Below, in pieces: positions 1-13,143 of a DNA stretch of 64,000 nucleotides. The translations under genes and the position numbers were made by a program. Every line of letters begins with the position of its first letter. Position 1 is the stretch's first letter. The stretch is from a bacterium (GTDB taxonomy: Bacteria > Planctomycetota > JAFGQW01). The notes beneath the pieces were generated by a model, which saw only the letters and a list, made by a program, of their open reading frames with translations, had not been told where the DNA came from and did not search any database. Where the stretch lies: the NCBI GenBank assembly GCA_030426805.1, contig JAUHXU010000001.1, positions 768,861-832,860 on the forward strand, in the 5' to 3' direction.

Positions 1-117
1 CGGCAAGTTCGGCGTGCCGGCGCTGCGCGGCCTGATCGGCGTCTGCCTGTCGCACGCGTCGGTCACGCTGAACCCGCTCTGCTGCACGAACACGGTGACG
101 ACCGAAATCGTCCCGTA
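1..117 (+). CDS. 3' fragment of a secreted-protein paralog of the next two genes; carries the shared C-terminal domain and ends ...CTNTVTTEIVP*
   Basis: In-frame translation of the window start gives ...GKFGVPALRGLIGVCLSHASVTLNPLCCTNTVTTEIVP then TAA. Near-identical to the C-termini of the 280..1257 and 1286..2269 products. Confidence 0.5.
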
Positions 118-279
118 ACGAATCTCGCACAGCGGCTTTACACAACGGCGACGTTCCGCGCACGCGGGCGTCGCCGTTTCTCGTTCGGGGTTTGCGCGCC
201 CAGTGCCCATGGTAAGATGGGCGAGGTGAATGAACCGCAAGTGCGGACCAAGGGGTCCGCGAACGTTGGAGATAGTCTC

Positions 280-1257
280 ATGCAGATCCGTACCGCCGTC
301 GCCGCCGCACTCCTGGCGATTGCCACCACCGCGACCGCGCAGAACTACATCGCCTGCCCCGATCTGAACCCCGCCGCGAGCGCGAGCAACAACACCTGGC
401 CGATGGGCGCCGACACGGAGTGGCGGTACCAATACCTGCTCCCCGCTTCGTGCTTCCCGAACACGCCGTTCAGCATCTTCGACATGGCGATGTCACAGCA
501 CGGCAACTGGACCTCCTCCAACCCCGGCACCTACTCGAGCTTCCAGATTCGCATGTCGCTCACGACGCTCGCCACGGTGACGACGAACCTCGTGACCAAC
601 CTCGGCTCGACCTACACGACCGTGATGAACCGCCCGTCGTTCCGGTGGGCCTACCAGAAGGACACGTGGGTGGACTTCGGCCTCGACGCGCCGATGATGC
701 ACGACGGTGCGAGCAACCTGCTGATCGAGATCCGATACACCGGCGGCAACACCGCGAGCCTGATCAAGCACGCCGAGAACCCGCCCGGCGGCTGGCGTGT
801 GATGGCGAAGGGCGCGGGCTCCTACAACGCGACGACCGCGACGAACGGCCCGTTCTCGACGAGCCTCCCGAAGACGCGGTTCACGATCACCCAGGGCTTC
901 GTGATGCGCGCGCTCACGCCGAGCGTGTCGCTCGGCAACAGCGGCGCGATCCGCGGCGAGTTCGCGACGCCCGGCGCGACCTACCTGATGGCGGCATCGC
1001 TCGGCAACACGACCAAGATCCCCGTCGGACCGAACTGCTCGATCAACCTCGACGTCGGCCCGCTCTTCAAGCTGTCGGTCCAGGGCAACCCGCTGTTCAC
1101 GAACTACGTGGGCCTCGTCGCCGCCAACGGCACGTGCGTCGGCCAGTTCTTCGTTCCGAATCTCGCGCCGCTGGTCGGCACGACGATCTACCACGCCGGG
1201 CTGACGGTGAACCCGCTGCAGTGCACCAACACGGTCGCAACCGCGATCGTGCCGTAG
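280..1257 (+). CDS. Secreted hypothetical protein, tandem paralog A, with the shared C-terminal domain
   Basis: Internal start of ORF 217..1257 at MQIRTAVAAALLAIATTATAQNY, a signal peptide, with GGAGAT Shine-Dalgarno 8 nt upstream. About 75% identical to the next gene. Ends TVNPLQCTNTVATAIVP. Confidence 0.75.
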   Translation: MQIRTAVAAALLAIATTATAQNYIACPDLNPAASASNNTWPMGADTEWRYQYLLPASCFPNTPFSIFDMAMSQHGNWTSSNPGTYSSFQIRMSLTTLATVTTNLVTNLGSTYTTVMNRPSFRWAYQKDTWVDFGLDAPMMHDGASNLLIEIRYTGGNTASLIKHAENPPGGWRVMAKGAGSYNATTATNGPFSTSLPKTRFTITQGFVMRALTPSVSLGNSGAIRGEFATPGATYLMAASLGNTTKIPVGPNCSINLDVGPLFKLSVQGNPLFTNYVGLVAANGTCVGQFFVPNLAPLVGTTIYHAGLTVNPLQCTNTVATAIVP

Positions 1258-1285
1258 TCATCACGAACCGAAGAGGAACCCAGGG

Positions 1286-2269
1286 ATGAGCAATCGTCGA
1301 ACCGCCCTCGTCGCGGCGATCGCATTGATCGCCACGACGAGCCTCGGCGCCCAGACCTACGTCGGGTGCCCGGATCTGAACCCCGCCACGAGCGCCAGCA
1401 ACAACACCTGGCCGATGGGCAACTACACCGAGTGGCGCTTCCAGTACCTGTTGCCCGCGTCGTGCTTCCCGAACACGCCGTTCACGATCGTCGACATGGC
1501 GTTGGCGGCGCACGGAGGCTTCTCGTCCTCGCACCCGGGCACCTACTCGAGCTTCCAGGTGCGGATGGCGCTGACGACGCTCGCGACGGTGACGTCGAAC
1601 CTCGTGACGAACCTCGGGTCGACCTACACGACCGTGATGAACCGCCCCACCTTTCAGTGGGCCTACCAGTACGACACCTGGGTCGACTTCGGGCTCGACG
1701 CCCCGATGGCCCACGACGGCTCGAGCAACCTGCTGATCGAGATCCGCTACGTCGGTGGCAGTTCCCAGACGCTGTTCAAGCGCGCCGAGAACCCGCCCGG
1801 AGGCTCCCGCGTGGGCGCCAACGGCCCGGGCAGCTACAACGCGACGACGTCCAACGCGTGCCCGTGCACGACGAGTCTTCCGAAGACGCGCTTCGAGATC
1901 GTCAACGGCTTCTCGATGCGGGCGCTCACGCCGCAGGTGTCGATCGGCAACACGGGCACGATCCGCGGGGAGTTCGGCAACGCAGGCTCCACCTACCTGA
2001 TGGCCGCGTCGCTCGGCAACACGACGACGATCCCGGTCGGCCCGAACTGCTCGATCAACCTGGACGTCGACCCGCTGTTCACGCTGTCGGTCCAGGGCAA
2101 CCCGCTGTTCACGAACTACGCGGGCGTCGTCGCCGCCAACGGCACGTGCATCGGCCAGTTCTTCGTGCCGAACCTCGCACCGCTCGTCGGCACGACGATC
2201 TACCACGCCGGCCTGACGGTGAACCCGCTCGAGTGCACGAACACCGTCTCGACCGCGATCGTGCCGTAG
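1286..2269 (+). CDS. Secreted hypothetical protein, tandem paralog B, with the shared C-terminal domain
   Basis: ORF with signal peptide MSNRRTALVAAIALIATTSLGAQTY, AGAGGAA RBS. Colinear with the 280..1257 product including the CPDLNPA.SASNNTWPMG motif and the ...CTNTVSTAIVP end. Confidence 0.8.
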   Translation: MSNRRTALVAAIALIATTSLGAQTYVGCPDLNPATSASNNTWPMGNYTEWRFQYLLPASCFPNTPFTIVDMALAAHGGFSSSHPGTYSSFQVRMALTTLATVTSNLVTNLGSTYTTVMNRPTFQWAYQYDTWVDFGLDAPMAHDGSSNLLIEIRYVGGSSQTLFKRAENPPGGSRVGANGPGSYNATTSNACPCTTSLPKTRFEIVNGFSMRALTPQVSIGNTGTIRGEFGNAGSTYLMAASLGNTTTIPVGPNCSINLDVDPLFTLSVQGNPLFTNYAGVVAANGTCIGQFFVPNLAPLVGTTIYHAGLTVNPLECTNTVSTAIVP

Positions 2270-2293
2270 CGAAACGGCACGCCGCGCGCGGTA

Positions 2294-3070
2294 TCACATC
2301 CCGAGGATGTGATACCCGCTGTCGACGTGGACGACCTCGCCGGTGATGCCGGCGGCGGCGTCGGAGAGCAGGAATGCGCCGGCGCCGCCGATCTGGTCCA
2401 GCGTGACGTTGCGGCGGAGCGGCGCCTTCTCGGCGACGTGTTGCAGGATGTCGGTGAAGCCCGAGATGCCGCGCGCGGCGAGCGTGTTGACCGGACCGGC
2501 GCTCACCGCGTTGACGCGGATGCCGCTCGGGCCGAGGTCGTTGGCGAGGTAGCGCACGCTCATCTCGAGCGCGGCCTTCGCGACGCCCATCACGTTGTAG
2601 CCCTGCACGACGCGCTCGCCGCCGAGGTAGCTGACGGTCAGCACGCTGCCGCCCGGCTTCATCATCGGCGTCGCCGCCTGGCAGACGCGCGTCAGCGAGT
2701 AGGCGCTGATGTCGTGGGCGAGCGCGAAGCCCTCGCGCGACGTGCGCACGAAGTCCTGGTTCAGGTCGTCGGACTTCGCGAACGCGATCGAGTGGACGAC
2801 GAAATCGATGCCGTCCCACCGCTCCTTGACGCCGTCGAAGAACGCGTCCACCTGCGCGTCGTCGGTCACGTCGAGCGGCAGCATGAACGCGCCGTCCAAC
2901 GAGCCGACCAGCGGCGTGATCTTGTCCTTGATCTTGTCGCCCTGGTAGGAGAAGCCGAGTTGGGCCCCGGCGCCCGCGAGCGCCTCGGCGATGCCCCAGC
3001 CGATACTCCGCTTGTTCGCGACGCCGAGGACGACGCCCTTCTTGCCAGCCATCGAGAACGGGTTACTCAC
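2294..3070 (-). CDS. fabI: Enoyl-[acyl-carrier-protein] reductase (NADH), FabI
   Basis: 258 aa. N-terminus GKKGVVLGVANKRSIGWGIAEAL, Y-x6-K region SYLGGERVVQGYNVMGVAKAALE, and the overall SDR FabI-family layout. Confidence 0.9.
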   Translation of the reverse strand: MSNPFSMAGKKGVVLGVANKRSIGWGIAEALAGAGAQLGFSYQGDKIKDKITPLVGSLDGAFMLPLDVTDDAQVDAFFDGVKERWDGIDFVVHSIAFAKSDDLNQDFVRTSREGFALAHDISAYSLTRVCQAATPMMKPGGSVLTVSYLGGERVVQGYNVMGVAKAALEMSVRYLANDLGPSGIRVNAVSAGPVNTLAARGISGFTDILQHVAEKAPLRRNVTLDQIGGAGAFLLSDAAAGITGEVVHVDSGYHILGM

Positions 3071-3256
3071 CGGTCAGATCCTCCGTCGGGTCGGTTCGTT
3101 TGCTCCTGAAGGATGGCACTCCCCGGCCGATCGAGCAATCTCGCAAACCGCTTGCATCGCTCCGGCGGCGATCTCCGCTACAATGCCGCGGTCGGCGGGG
3201 TGGCCGATCCGGGCGCTCGCCCGGGGTCCGCCCCGTCCGGGATCAAGGAGAGTAGC

Positions 3257-4459
3257 ATGCGTCTGATGACCCTTGCGGCGTTGTGCCTGATCGGCGCGCC
3301 CGCCCTCGCACAGTTCGACCCGCCCGCCGTCGTGGACAACGAGTTCTCGATCGGCTCGGCCTACTCGCCGACGCTGACCGGCGACGGCCTCACGATCTAC
3401 TGGACGGCGAGCCGTACGGGCGGCGTCGGCGGCCGCGACGTCTGGACGATGACCCGCACCGCGATCGACCAGCCGTGGACCGGCCCGACGAACGTCACCG
3501 CCGTCAACACGACCGCGAGCGAGAACTACATCGACGTGCGCGACGACGGCAAGGAGATGTATCTCTCGGTCGGCGCCGGCACGAACAACCTCTACGTGTC
3601 GAACAACGGCATCACCGGTTGGGGGACGCCGACGATCGTCACCGAGTTGAACTCGACCGGCACCGAGGACGACCCGACGCTGACCGCCGACGGCCTCGAG
3701 ATCTACTTCACGTCGAGCCGCACAGGCAGCAACGGCGGCGCGTCGATCTACCGCGCGTTCCGGCCGAACACGTCGTCGGCGTGGAGCACGCCGGCGATCG
3801 TCACCGAGGTCGACTCCTCGTCGATCGACCACTCCCCCGCGATCTCGGGCGACGGCCTGACGCTGATCTTCGCGTCGACGCGCACCGGCGGCGGTGCGGG
3901 TTCGAGTGACCACTGGATCGCGACGCGGCCGGACCGCGGCACGCCGGGTGCGCCGACGCCGTTCGGTACGCCGGTGCCGCTGACGAACCTGAACACGACC
4001 GGCTGGGACCACAACGGCCAGCAGAGCGCCGACGGCTTCTCGTTCTACTACGCGCGCCCGTCGGTCACGGTGCCGGAGATCTACCGCGCCGACCGCACGC
4101 TGCCGGTCGTCTACGGCCCGTCGGGTCCGCCGCAGGTCGGCAACCCGTTCTCGATCTACGTCCGCCACGGCGTGGGCAGCGGCCAGGTCGGCGTGATCGC
4201 CGGCTCGACCTCGGTGCTCTCGACGCCGGTGACGATCCCGGGCGTGCAGGGGCAGCTCGAACTGACGTTCGCCCCGGGCCTGCTGTTCTGGCTCACCACC
4301 GGCGGCATCGCATCGAGCGACGGCAAGTACACGACCGTCGTCCCGGTGCCGCCGCTCGCGGGCCTCGCCGGCCAGTCCGTCTACTTCCAGGGCGCGGTCC
4401 AGAAGAGCCTCGCCGACCTCCGGCTCTCGCCGTCCAAGAAGTTCGTGATCGTGCCGTAA
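3257..4459 (+). CDS. Secreted PD40/TolB-like WD40-like beta-propeller repeat protein with the shared C-terminal domain
   Basis: Start at MRLMTLAALCLIGAPALAQ (signal peptide) with strong AAGGAGAG RBS. Repeated PD40-like blades (SPTLTGDGLTIYWTASRTGG..GGRDVW, DPTLTADGLEIYFTSSRTG, SPAISGDGLTLIFASTRTGG). Tail ...VYFQGAVQKSLADLRLSPSKKFVIVP. Confidence 0.75.
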   Translation: MRLMTLAALCLIGAPALAQFDPPAVVDNEFSIGSAYSPTLTGDGLTIYWTASRTGGVGGRDVWTMTRTAIDQPWTGPTNVTAVNTTASENYIDVRDDGKEMYLSVGAGTNNLYVSNNGITGWGTPTIVTELNSTGTEDDPTLTADGLEIYFTSSRTGSNGGASIYRAFRPNTSSAWSTPAIVTEVDSSSIDHSPAISGDGLTLIFASTRTGGGAGSSDHWIATRPDRGTPGAPTPFGTPVPLTNLNTTGWDHNGQQSADGFSFYYARPSVTVPEIYRADRTLPVVYGPSGPPQVGNPFSIYVRHGVGSGQVGVIAGSTSVLSTPVTIPGVQGQLELTFAPGLLFWLTTGGIASSDGKYTTVVPVPPLAGLAGQSVYFQGAVQKSLADLRLSPSKKFVIVP

Positions 4460-4485
4460 CCCGGCCGACGAACCGCGCAAACCGA

Positions 4486-4518
4486 CGGGCGGCCCGCTGC
4501 GGGCCGCCCGTTCTCGTT
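4486..4518 (+). terminator. Rho-independent terminator downstream of the PD40 protein gene
   Basis: Perfect inverted repeat cgggcggccc / gggccgcccg (10-11 bp GC stem, short loop) followed by ttctcgtt. Confidence 0.6.
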
Positions 4519-4623
4519 CCGGGCCGCCCCGGGGCTGAAAACGGTAGGCGCCTGTATTACCGTTGCGCTCGCCGCGGACCGCACGCGGCCGCTTGAAAAC
4601 TGAACGCCTTTCCCCGAGCAGCC

Positions 4624-7532
<2,909 letters not shown>

Positions 7533-7536
<4 letters not shown>

Positions 7537-8894
7537 GCGGCACGTTCACCCGGACGCTGCGCGTCGACGTGCCGGTCGACGCGCTGTTTCGCTGGCACGA
7601 GCGACCGGGCGCGTTCGAGCGGCTCTCGCCGCCGTGGGAGCGGGTCGACGTCGTCGAGCGCACGGGCGGCATCCGCGACGGCGATCGCACCGTGCTGCGT
7701 GTCGGGATCGGCCCGATCACCCGACGCTGGGTCGCCGAGCACCGCGACTACCGCGAGAACGAGCGCTTCACCGACGTGCAGGTCGAGGGGCCGTTCGCGT
7801 CGTGGACGCACACACACGCGTTCCGGGGGATCGACGATCGACGTGCGGAGCTCGTCGACACGATCGACTGGGCGTTGCCGCGCATCGCGGCGCCGTTTGC
7901 GAGCGGCTCGGTCGAACGGACGCTCGAACGCGTATTCCGCTACCGGCACGACACGACCGGTGCCGACCTCGCCGCGCACGCGGCGGTCGATGCACTCGGC
8001 CCGCGCACGATCGTCGTGAGCGGCGCGAGCGGACTCATCGGGGAAGCGCTCTGCGCGTTCTTGACGACCGGCGGCCACACGGTGCGCCGCCTCGTGCGCC
8101 GCGAGCCGACCGCGCCGGACGAGTTCCGCTGGGACCCCGCCGCCCGTTCGATCGACGCGTCCGTGCTCGACGGCGCCGACGCGGTCGTGCACCTCGCCGG
8201 TGCGTCGGTCGCGAAGCGCTGGACCGATGCCCACCGCCGGCGCATCCTCGACAGCCGCGTCGACGGCACCGCGACGCTCGTCGACGCGATGCGCGAGGCG
8301 AGCGATCGACCGGCCACCTTCGTCTGCGCGTCGGCGATCGGCTACTACGGCGATTGCGGCGACCGCCCCGTGGACGAGTCCGCGCCCCATGGTCACGGCT
8401 TCCTCGCCGACGTCACGCGCGCGTGGGAGGAGACCGCGTCGCACGCCACCGACGTCGCACGCACGGCGATGCTTCGGTTCGGCGTCGTGCTCTCTCCGCG
8501 GGGCGGCGCACTCGGAACGATGCTGCCGGCGTTTCGCTTCGGCGGCGGCGGCCGGATCGGATCGGGCCGCCAGGTGATGAGTTGGGTCGGCGTCGACGAC
8601 GCGGTCGGCGCGATCCACCGCGCCCTCTTCGACGACGCGCTGCACGGACCGGTCAACGTCGTCGCGCCGGAGCCGGTGACGAATCTCGTGTTCGCGAGCA
8701 CCCTCGCCCGCGTGCTGAAACGACCGTCGATCCTGCCGCTGCCGGCCGCCGTCGCACGGGCGGCGTTCGGCGACATGGCGAACGAGATGCTGCTCGCCGG
8801 CTGCCGCGTCACGCCAAGGGCCCTCCGCGACGCGGGGTTCACGTTCCGCCACCCGTCGCTGGAGGCGTGCCTGCGCCACCTCCTCGGCCGCTGA
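7533..8894 (+). CDS. SRPBCC (polyketide cyclase-like) domain fused to NAD-dependent epimerase/dehydratase family protein with DUF1731-type C-terminus (TIGR01777/YfcH-like)
   Basis: GTG start overlapping the gcvP stop (GTGA). The N-terminal roughly 150 aa reads as SRPBCC. It is followed by a Rossmann segment [18 protein letters not shown] and a YfcH-like C-terminal domain. Confidence 0.75.
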
Positions 8895-8936
8895 CTCGAT
8901 TCCCTGGTATCATCGGGGCCACGAAGGGACCCGACG

Positions 8937-10616
8937 ATGCACCCCCGCCTGCCAGTCCTCCTGATCCTGCTCGCTGCACCGCTCGCCGCACAGGCGCCCG
9001 TTGCCGAGCACTACGCCGACCGCATCCAGCTCAAGCTCGTCGATGCCGCACGGCCGGTCTGGACCGCGGACGGGCTCGTCTCGCGCAGCGGCCACGACCT
9101 GCGCCGTGTGGCGGCACTGCTCGACGTCGCAGCTTCGGTCGAGCCGCTGATCGACATTCCGCCCGCGTCACTCGACGCGTGGCACGCGCGGGCCAACGAC
9201 GCGGCGCGACCCGGCGAGCGCATCGCCCACCTCGGCTCGTGGTTCCGCGTGCACGTCCGCAGCGAAGCGAACGGCGCGGCACTGATCGCGGCGCTGCGCG
9301 AACGGCCGTCGGTCGAGGTCGCGTGCTTCGAGCCGATCCCCCGCCTCCCGGGCGGCACCGACATCCCGCCGACGACGCCCGACTTCCGCAGTCGGCAGAA
9401 CTACGCGGACGCCCCGCCGAGTGGTATCGGCTCGGCGCGCGGGCGCGTGGTCGTCGGCGGTCGCGGCCGCGGCGTGCAGATCGTCGACATGGAGCAGTCG
9501 TGGATCAACGACCACGAGGACATCTGCAAGCTGACCGCATCGGCGCACATCGGCACCGTCCGCACCGGCGGCAACCACGGCACCGCGGTGTGCGGCGAGA
9601 TGGTCGGCGACCGCAACGGCTACGGCGTCACCGGGCTGAGCGACGCGGCGAGCCTGCGCGTGTCGTCGTGGGACAACGGCGGCGTCGCGAACGCGATCGC
9701 GGCCGGCATCAACGCGAGCACCGCCGGCGACATCGTGCTCCTCGAGGTGCACTACAACACGTCGCTCGGCTACGTGCCGGCCGAGTACTACCAATCGAAC
9801 TTCGACGTGATCCGCACCGGAACCGCGATGGGCGTGCACATCGTCGAGGCGGCCGGCAACGGCGGCAACGACCTCGATGACACGAACCGCTTCCAGCGCC
9901 GCTTCGACCTGACGTTCCGCGATTCGGGCGCGATCATGGTCGGCGCGACGAGCGCCGGGACGACGAACCGCGCCGGCTTCTCGAACCACGGCGCGCGGAT
10001 CACCGCGAACGGCTGGGGCACGCAGGTGACCTCGACCGGCTACGGCAACATCTTCAATCCGAACGACGCGCGCCAGCGCTACACCGGCTCGTTCAGCGGC
10101 ACGTCGAGCGCGTCGCCGATCGTCACCGGCGCGGTCGCGCAGCTCGTCGGCGCCGTGCGCTTCCAGGACGACCGCACGCTGACGATCGACGAGGTGCGCC
10201 AGTCGCTGCGCAGCTACGGGACGCCGTGCAACGGCAAGATCCAGAACCGCCCCGACGTCGGCGCAATGCTCGCCGCGTGGGGGCTGCCCGACGGGCTCGA
10301 CCTCGCCGCCGAGGCGACGCCGATCGGCACCGACGCGGTGCTCGCGATCCGCGGCGCGCCGGGCCACTGGGCCTACGTGCTCGGCAGCGACACGCTCGCG
10401 AAGTCCTCGGTCGGGCTCAACCGGCAGCTGCACTTGGATCTCGGGCGAATGCTCCTGCTCGCGTTCGTCCGCCTCGACGCACAAGGCGACGCGACCGTGC
10501 GAATCCCGATCCCCGCCGTCCCCGCCCTGCGCGGCACCGAGTTCTTCTTCCAGCGCGTCACCGTCGGCGGCTCGACGTTCCACATGTCCAGCAGCGTCCA
10601 GATCTGGATCCCGTAG
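8937..10616 (+). CDS. Secreted S8 family subtilisin-like serine peptidase with the shared C-terminal domain
   Basis: Signal peptide MHPRLPVLLILLAAPLAAQA. Catalytic motifs D (VQIVDME), H (GGNHGTAVCGE), N (AAGNGGND) and S (GTSSASPIVTG). Tail ...FFFQRVTVGGSTFHMSSSVQIWIP. Confidence 0.85.
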   Translation: MHPRLPVLLILLAAPLAAQAPVAEHYADRIQLKLVDAARPVWTADGLVSRSGHDLRRVAALLDVAASVEPLIDIPPASLDAWHARANDAARPGERIAHLGSWFRVHVRSEANGAALIAALRERPSVEVACFEPIPRLPGGTDIPPTTPDFRSRQNYADAPPSGIGSARGRVVVGGRGRGVQIVDMEQSWINDHEDICKLTASAHIGTVRTGGNHGTAVCGEMVGDRNGYGVTGLSDAASLRVSSWDNGGVANAIAAGINASTAGDIVLLEVHYNTSLGYVPAEYYQSNFDVIRTGTAMGVHIVEAAGNGGNDLDDTNRFQRRFDLTFRDSGAIMVGATSAGTTNRAGFSNHGARITANGWGTQVTSTGYGNIFNPNDARQRYTGSFSGTSSASPIVTGAVAQLVGAVRFQDDRTLTIDEVRQSLRSYGTPCNGKIQNRPDVGAMLAAWGLPDGLDLAAEATPIGTDAVLAIRGAPGHWAYVLGSDTLAKSSVGLNRQLHLDLGRMLLLAFVRLDAQGDATVRIPIPAVPALRGTEFFFQRVTVGGSTFHMSSSVQIWIP

Positions 10617-10641
10617 CGACGCAGAAGGGCGACCGCGAAAC

Positions 10642-13114
10642 GATGCACCGAGTAGTGCTGTTGCTCCCGGTCACGATCGCCGTCGCGATCGTCGCGTCGG
10701 TCTGTACCGCACAGATCACCGGTGATTTGTCGCGGCAGTTGTGCTTCGAGCGCAACGAGGGCCAGTTCGCCGAGACGGCGCGCTTCGTCGTTCGAGGGCG
10801 GGATCGGACCTACTTCTTCACCGACTGCGGGGTTCGCGTGTTGTTCCCGGGTGACCGGCCGTGGGCGATCGACGCGTCGTTCGTCGGCTCCGCCGCGAAC
10901 GTGCGAGCGGAGGCCGGCGGCCTGACGGACTTCAGCGTCAGCGTGTTTCGCGGCGACGAAGAGGAGTGGGTTCGCGGGGCCCGTACCTATCGGTCGATCG
11001 TCTATCGCGGCGTGTGGCCGGGGGTCGACGTGCGGTGGGAAGCCGGCGACGGGCGGCTGAAGCAGACGTTCGTCCTCGCACCGGGTGTCGACCCGTCGGT
11101 GATCGCGGTCGCCTACCGTGGCGCGACGAAGACCCGCATCACCGATGCCGGCGCGCTCGAGCTCGAGACCCCGGCGGGCACGCTCGTCGACGAAGCGCCG
11201 ATCGCGTGGCAGAACGACGGCGCGGAAAAGCGGGCGGTGCGGTGTCGGTTCACGCTCCGGGACGCGGGGCCGGACGGGACGCGTGTCGGGTTCGCGGCCG
11301 GGTCGGTCGATCCGAACGCCACGCTCGTCATCGACCCGATGATCTACGAGTATTGCGGCTACATCGGCGGGTCACGCACCGCGTTCGTCTTCGCATCGAC
11401 CGTCGATGCCAGCGGCTGCCTCTATGTCACCGGCGTGACCAGTTCCGACGAGACGATGAACTTCCCGCTTCGCGTCGGCCCGCAACTGAAGACCAATAAC
11501 TTGACGCCAGCGGGAGACGTTTTCGTCGCGAAGCTGAGCGCGGACGGGCGCTCGTTGGTGTTCTGCGGTTTTCTCTCCGGGCCGGCTCACGATGAAGGCG
11601 ACGCGATCGCGGTCGATTCGCAGGGTGCCGTGTATATAGCCGGAATCGGTGGTGGCAGCGGGTTCCCGCACAAGGGCGGGCCGGCACCCAGCCTCACGGG
11701 CTCCGCGTTCTTCGCGAAGATCAAGTCGGACGGTAGCGACGTCGTGTATTGCGGTGCCCTTCCGGGTTCGACCTATCCCAAGGGGATTGCTGTCGACACT
11801 CAAGGCGCCGCGTATCTCACCGGCTGGACGGACGCCGATCAGTCGACGTTCCCGGTCACCGTCGGCCCCGACCTGACGTTCAACAGCCCCGGCCTCGCCG
11901 CCAACGGCGACGACGCGTTCGTCGCGAAGATCGCACCGGGCGGCACCCACTTCGAGTATTGCGGATACATCGGCGGGACCGGCGACGAAGAGGGGCTCGG
12001 CATTCAGGTCGACGCGCTCGGCCGCGCCTACGTGTGCGGTGCCGTGCGCTCGAACGAATCGACGTTCCCGGTCACGGTCGGACCGGACCTCACGTTCAAT
12101 GGGCCCGGGCCGAGCTTCGACGGGTTCGTCGCGCGCGTCAACGCGACCGGCACCGCGCTCGAGTATTGCGGATACATCGGCGGTGACGGCACCGACGCCG
12201 TGCGAGCGATCGCCGTCGATTCGGCGGGCAACGCCTACGTGACCGGTAGTTCCTCGTCGACGCCGTCGACCTTTCCGCTGCTCGTCGGCCCGTCGTCGAT
12301 CGGGCCGGCGCCGTTCGTCGCGAAGGTCGACGCGACCGGCAGCACGCTGCACTACTGCGGCTACATTCCGTGGACGGGGAGCTTCACGCCGGGCATCGCG
12401 GTCGACCGCAATGGCGCCGCCTACGTCGCCGGGCTCGCCGGGCCGCAGATGCAGGCGAAGGTCGGGCCACAGACGACATACGGCGGCAACACCGACGGCT
12501 ACGTCGGAATGCTCCGGCCCTCCGGCACCGACTTCGTCTACCTCGGCTGGGTCGGCGGCGCCAACTTCGACGAACTGACGAGCGTCGCGGTCGACCCGAG
12601 CGGCAACGTCTACGTCGGCGGCCACACCCGCTCCGACGAGACGACGCTGCCGGTCGCGGTCGGGCCCGACCTGACGTTCAACACGCCGTCGTTCACCCCC
12701 TATTGGGGCGACGCGCTCGTCGCGAAGATCTCGCTCACGCTACTCGAAACCCACGGCACGACGCGGCCCGGCGACACCGTCGCGCTCGAACTCTACGCGA
12801 CCGCCGACCCCGGCCAGCGCTACCAGCTCGGTTCCTCGTTCGGCACCGGCCCGATCGCGGTCGACACGCGCACGCTCGGGCTCGCCGTCGACGCGCTCCT
12901 CTGGCTCTCGACGAGCGAACTCGCACCGGCGGTGTTCCAGAACTATCGCGGCTCGATCGGCCTCGACGGACGTGCCACCGCAGCACTCGCGATCCCCGTG
13001 ATCCCCGCTCTCGTGGGCACCCGCCTGCACACCGCGTTCGTCACCCTCGATGCACTCGCGCCGTCCGGGGTCGCCTCGATCTCAAACACCGCGACGGTCC
13101 AGGTCGGGCCCTGA
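10642..13114 (+). CDS. Secreted SBBP beta-propeller repeat protein with the shared C-terminal domain
   Basis: Start MHRVVLLLPVTIAVAIVASVCTAQ. Repeated modules YIGG.../GIAVD..G.AY..G...../FPV..GPDLTFN...DAFVAKI characteristic of SBBP (PF06739-like) repeats. Tail ...HTAFVTLDALAPSGVASISNTATVQVGP. Confidence 0.75.
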
Positions 13115-13143
13115 GCCACCGTCCGGCGGGCACCCCGTAGACG

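Noticed and set aside
4519-4623. Possible glycine riboswitch upstream of gcvP
   Set aside because: The leader lacks the conserved GGAGAG...CTCTGGAGAG / ACCGAAGGGGCAA-type cores. It shows only a repeated tgaaaac, so no riboswitch is called.
8937-10616. Considered whether the shared C-terminal tails are T9SS (Por secretion) C-terminal domains
   Set aside because: They lack the NPF/IYD.GR/GxYxxK(L/I)(L/V)K hallmarks of T9SS CTDs and end in ...IVP / VGP / VVH instead. They are therefore treated as a distinct, possibly new, domain rather than annotated as T9SS.
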